A DNA stretch of 64,000 nt, from assembly GCF_009834535.1 (NCBI RefSeq), contig NC_045696.1, positions 28,026,001-28,090,000 on the forward strand, written 5' to 3'. This document shows, piece after piece, positions 61,073-64,000 of the stretch. Numbering within the stretch: the stretch's first letter is position 1; each line of letters begins with the position of its first letter. This DNA is from Camelus ferus. Its lineage: Eukaryota. The notes under the pieces were generated by a model. It had not been told where the DNA came from. It did no database searches and worked only from the letters and a program-made list of their open reading frames with translations. The translations under genes and the position numbers were made by a program.

Positions 61073-63179
61073 TTCAGAAGATAACTCTGATAGGAATGTG
61101 AAGGATAAAGTAAGTATGAGGAAAATTAGCATAGAGGCCGTAACAGCGGTGCAGAAACTTACAATAATTGCTTACAAAGGAGCTTGGAGAGGAAGCAGAG
61201 CAAATGGCTGGTGCTGGGGTGGGAGTCAGAGAGGTGGCACTACACAAGCACTCCTTGAGGAACTTGGCGACTGATTAGAGTTGGGAGATGAGAAATGGAA
61301 GGAAATTTATTCATTGAGTCAAAAACATGCAAATATATCTAGCACAATAAAAATATAATTTATTCCCAAAGAAAGATAACATTCTATCGCTCATTTTTGA
61401 GATAGAGTTCCAACTTGAAAAGAGAATGACCAGCTTCATTCTGTGGGTTTATCTACACAAAGCTATTGTCAACCTGTCTGGACTGAGCTGTCCTTACTTT
61501 ATCACTTTTCACTGCAGAATTAATTGCCAGATTTTGCTTTAGCAGAGCCGCCTAATCCTCCTGCCAGCTACAATGATCTGACCTCACTGAAGGTATCTGA
61601 GGATGGTTTCTTTTCTCTTAAGAACTCTTCAAGCAACTCCTGTCTAGGCTAGAACTTTGGCTCCAAAGAAATATTCTTCGCCACTATAGATTCATTTTTG
61701 TTGTCTATCTTCCTTGTTTGGGGTTAATATCCAGGTAACTTTCTTTATCTTGGTGAATCACTCATAAATGACATCATATACCCACAGTATCTTCCATGCG
61801 TTATCTTCTTAAGTGTCAAATGAGAGTAAAGAGTAGATTAGATTTCAGATGAGCACAAGCCTAGCTGAACAGTTCTGCTCTTCAGTCAACACTATGCAGT
61901 TGTTAGTTTCTCCAGAGACTCTTTTTCAGGTTTATCCATTGAGTGTTTTGGCTTATGGTCACATTGTTCAGTGACGTACAGATAATTAGCTCTTTCAGAG
62001 GTAATGTGTAAGTATACTGCATCCTAGTAATGTCTTCTTGACTGGGTTTTGATATCACAGCTGCCCTATCATCTTGGATCCTCTTGCCTGGGGATTTTCT
62101 CATATTCCTCCTCAGTTTAATATATGGTTATTATGTGCACTAACCACCAGAGTCCCTATTTTGGAATAAACCCCTAAAGAACCTCATTCTTTAAATGTGC
62201 ACAAGCAGTTTTGCCTCAGCTTTTGATGTAAATAAAAGCACGTTTGAATCTAGAAGCTATTTATAACTTGCTCATCATTTGAAAATTTAGAATGATTATA
62301 TTAGTTAAATGATATTTTAAAGTCTATTTATTGAAACAGATTTTCATATTTGTGATTAATTATATTCTAACAATTTAATTAATAATTACATATGGCTTAT
62401 TAGTAGCAGTTGGTTTGGATAAAATAAAGGCCTCTATCAAACATGTACATTCTTCTTTTAAATCAAAACAATGATCACAAGGAAATAAACCTGAAAGTAT
62501 GAACATTTATTATAGTTGGTTGAACTCCTGCAAGTTATGTTAACAGGCAGATATTTTTCAAATTCTGTAATGTTCAGTATGTATCCCAAACAAATTTTTG
62601 TTATCTAAGGACTATTCTGTGAACTTACGTGGTAAGTGGCTAATAAAGTGACATGATTTTAAAGTAGGACCCACAAATCAGAAGTGGCAACTGCATTATT
62701 TGATATGTACACATATCACGATACTTTGAAGTTTGATCTTCAAGAATCTTCTCTAAAAATGGAAGTACTGGAAGGTAAAAATACAAGCTTAATAGCAAAC
62801 GTGATGAACCCTTATTTAAAATCACACCTTTTGACATATTAACAATAGGACAATTGATTTTAGTGAGGAATGGGATGTAATTGTGTTTAGATTCTGTATC
62901 ACAATATAGTGAACTCAAAAACCACAACCACAACCTCTATGAATATAGAAAGACTTCTCATCAATGTGTATATATACTGCCTATTATCAAAGCATTAAGA
63001 ATGAATATCCGTATAGTTGAATTAAAGAAACTAAAATGATATGAGAAAAAAGAAAAAAAAAGTTGCAATATTCACTTCTATTATGAAATATTAAGCTAAA
63101 ATATGAGATTACAGAATTATTCAGTGTAATAGAAATGCTTTAGAATGTAATTCACTTGGAAGTAGTAAGTGTATGGAAG

Positions 63180-63390
63180 TAATACAGTGCAGTCTTTTAG
63201 AAGGATAGATGGTCAAACCAAAAGGTTTGGGTATGAATCTCAGCTGCACAACTCAGATGTTCTTTTACCCTGGACAAAAAATTTAAGTTCACTTAGTCTC
63301 ATCTTTCTCAAACATAAAATGTGAAGTAATAATAATATCCACAACACTAGATGAGATAATATACATGGAGTGCTTATAAGTCTGTCTGCT
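63180..63390 (+). mobile_element. MIR
   Basis: tgggtatgaatctcagctgcac...accctggacaaa...tctcatctttctcaaacataaaatg..aataataatatcc. Confidence 0.7.
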
Positions 63391-63559
63391 CCATCACTTG
63401 ATCTCTGTTAACATCACCATGCCCTCCAACTTCAAATAGCATCCAATGAAGTTTCCCAGCGATGATGAGAGCAAACGTGGATTTGTATTTACGTGTTGCT
63501 TCACATTTGAATAGTGTCTGTTTTAGATTTAACTTGCAAGACATTAGTAGTTTTGATTT

Positions 63560-63690
63560 ACTTTAATGAACTTTATTAAGATGAAATTTATGCATGGTAA
63601 AATGAACTGATTTAATGTATAAGGTTCAAATTTGACAAGCCTACAGACCTGCATAACTTCCAACCCAATCAAGATGGAGACATTTTCTAC
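63560..63690 (-). mobile_element. Old L1 (L1MB/ME-like) 3' terminus
   Basis: ctttattaagatgaaatttatgcatggtaaaatgaactgatttaatgtata...caatcaagatggagacattttc. Confidence 0.65.
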
Positions 63691-64000
63691 AAGTGCCGTG
63701 GTGTTGAAAGGTAATATGTGATAAGTATATGCTGTGCATGTGTACATGACACTAATGCATATTTTTAAACAGTAATAAATGTAATGATAGACTGGTATAT
63801 CCCCTGTTTTGAGGAGCATGATTGCTTCAGAGCGAGTTTTCAAAAATATATTTTGGGATAATCATGTTTCACTGATTAAAAATGCAATTTCTTAGAAAGT
63901 GAAAATGTTCCATAAGAAATTAATTTTAGTAAACACGTGGTTCAACAAAGTAAAAACATTTCTTTAGGTACACATTTTGGATAACTTAAGAGAACACAGA

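Larger units (their letters stand above)
60169..64000 (-). other. ROBO1: 3' end of the ROBO1a intron upstream of the first coding exon
   Basis: Ends in the polypyrimidine tract and AG at 60170-60169. No CpG-island promoter or other exon is seen up to 64000. Confidence 0.8.

Noticed and set aside
613..63843. All 60-110 aa ORFs in the supplied six-frame track
   Set aside because: They are short, many use non-ATG starts, and they are compositionally biased or lie inside repeats. None resembles a protein family I recognise, which is the expected noise in AT-rich intronic DNA.
1..64000. CRISPR arrays, operons, prokaryotic or viral defence systems, processed pseudogenes, intact retroelements
   Set aside because: No regularly spaced repeats, long ORFs or recognisable mRNA-derived copies were seen. 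The window is a mammalian intron.

Overview
Mammalian genomic DNA, AT-rich and CpG-poor, and very likely camelid (alpaca/llama/camel) based on short tRNA-derived SINEs of the camelid Vic-1 type and young camelid-type L1 3' ends. The only coding sequence I can support is one exon on the minus strand (60168..60030). It carries the start codon and the first 29 codons ([29 protein letters not shown]) of the long isoform of the axon-guidance receptor ROBO1 (ROBO1a). Everything else is intronic: 60169-64000 is the end of the upstream intron and 1-60029 is the start of the very large downstream intron. The intron holds MIR, L2, L1, MLT1 (ERVL-MaLR) solo LTRs, DNA-transposon fossils, microsatellites and several non-repetitive motif-dense blocks that look like enhancers. 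The supplied ORF track appears to be noise and misses the real exon. I find no evidence for a novel multi-gene system. The most notable observations are an out-of-frame upstream ORF overlapping the ROBO1a start, three L1 fragments truncated at the same point, a twin-primed 5'-inverted L1, a promoter-like GC patch, a GC-rich hairpin and candidate enhancers. Repeat families were assigned from memory of consensus sequences, and their boundaries are approximate.
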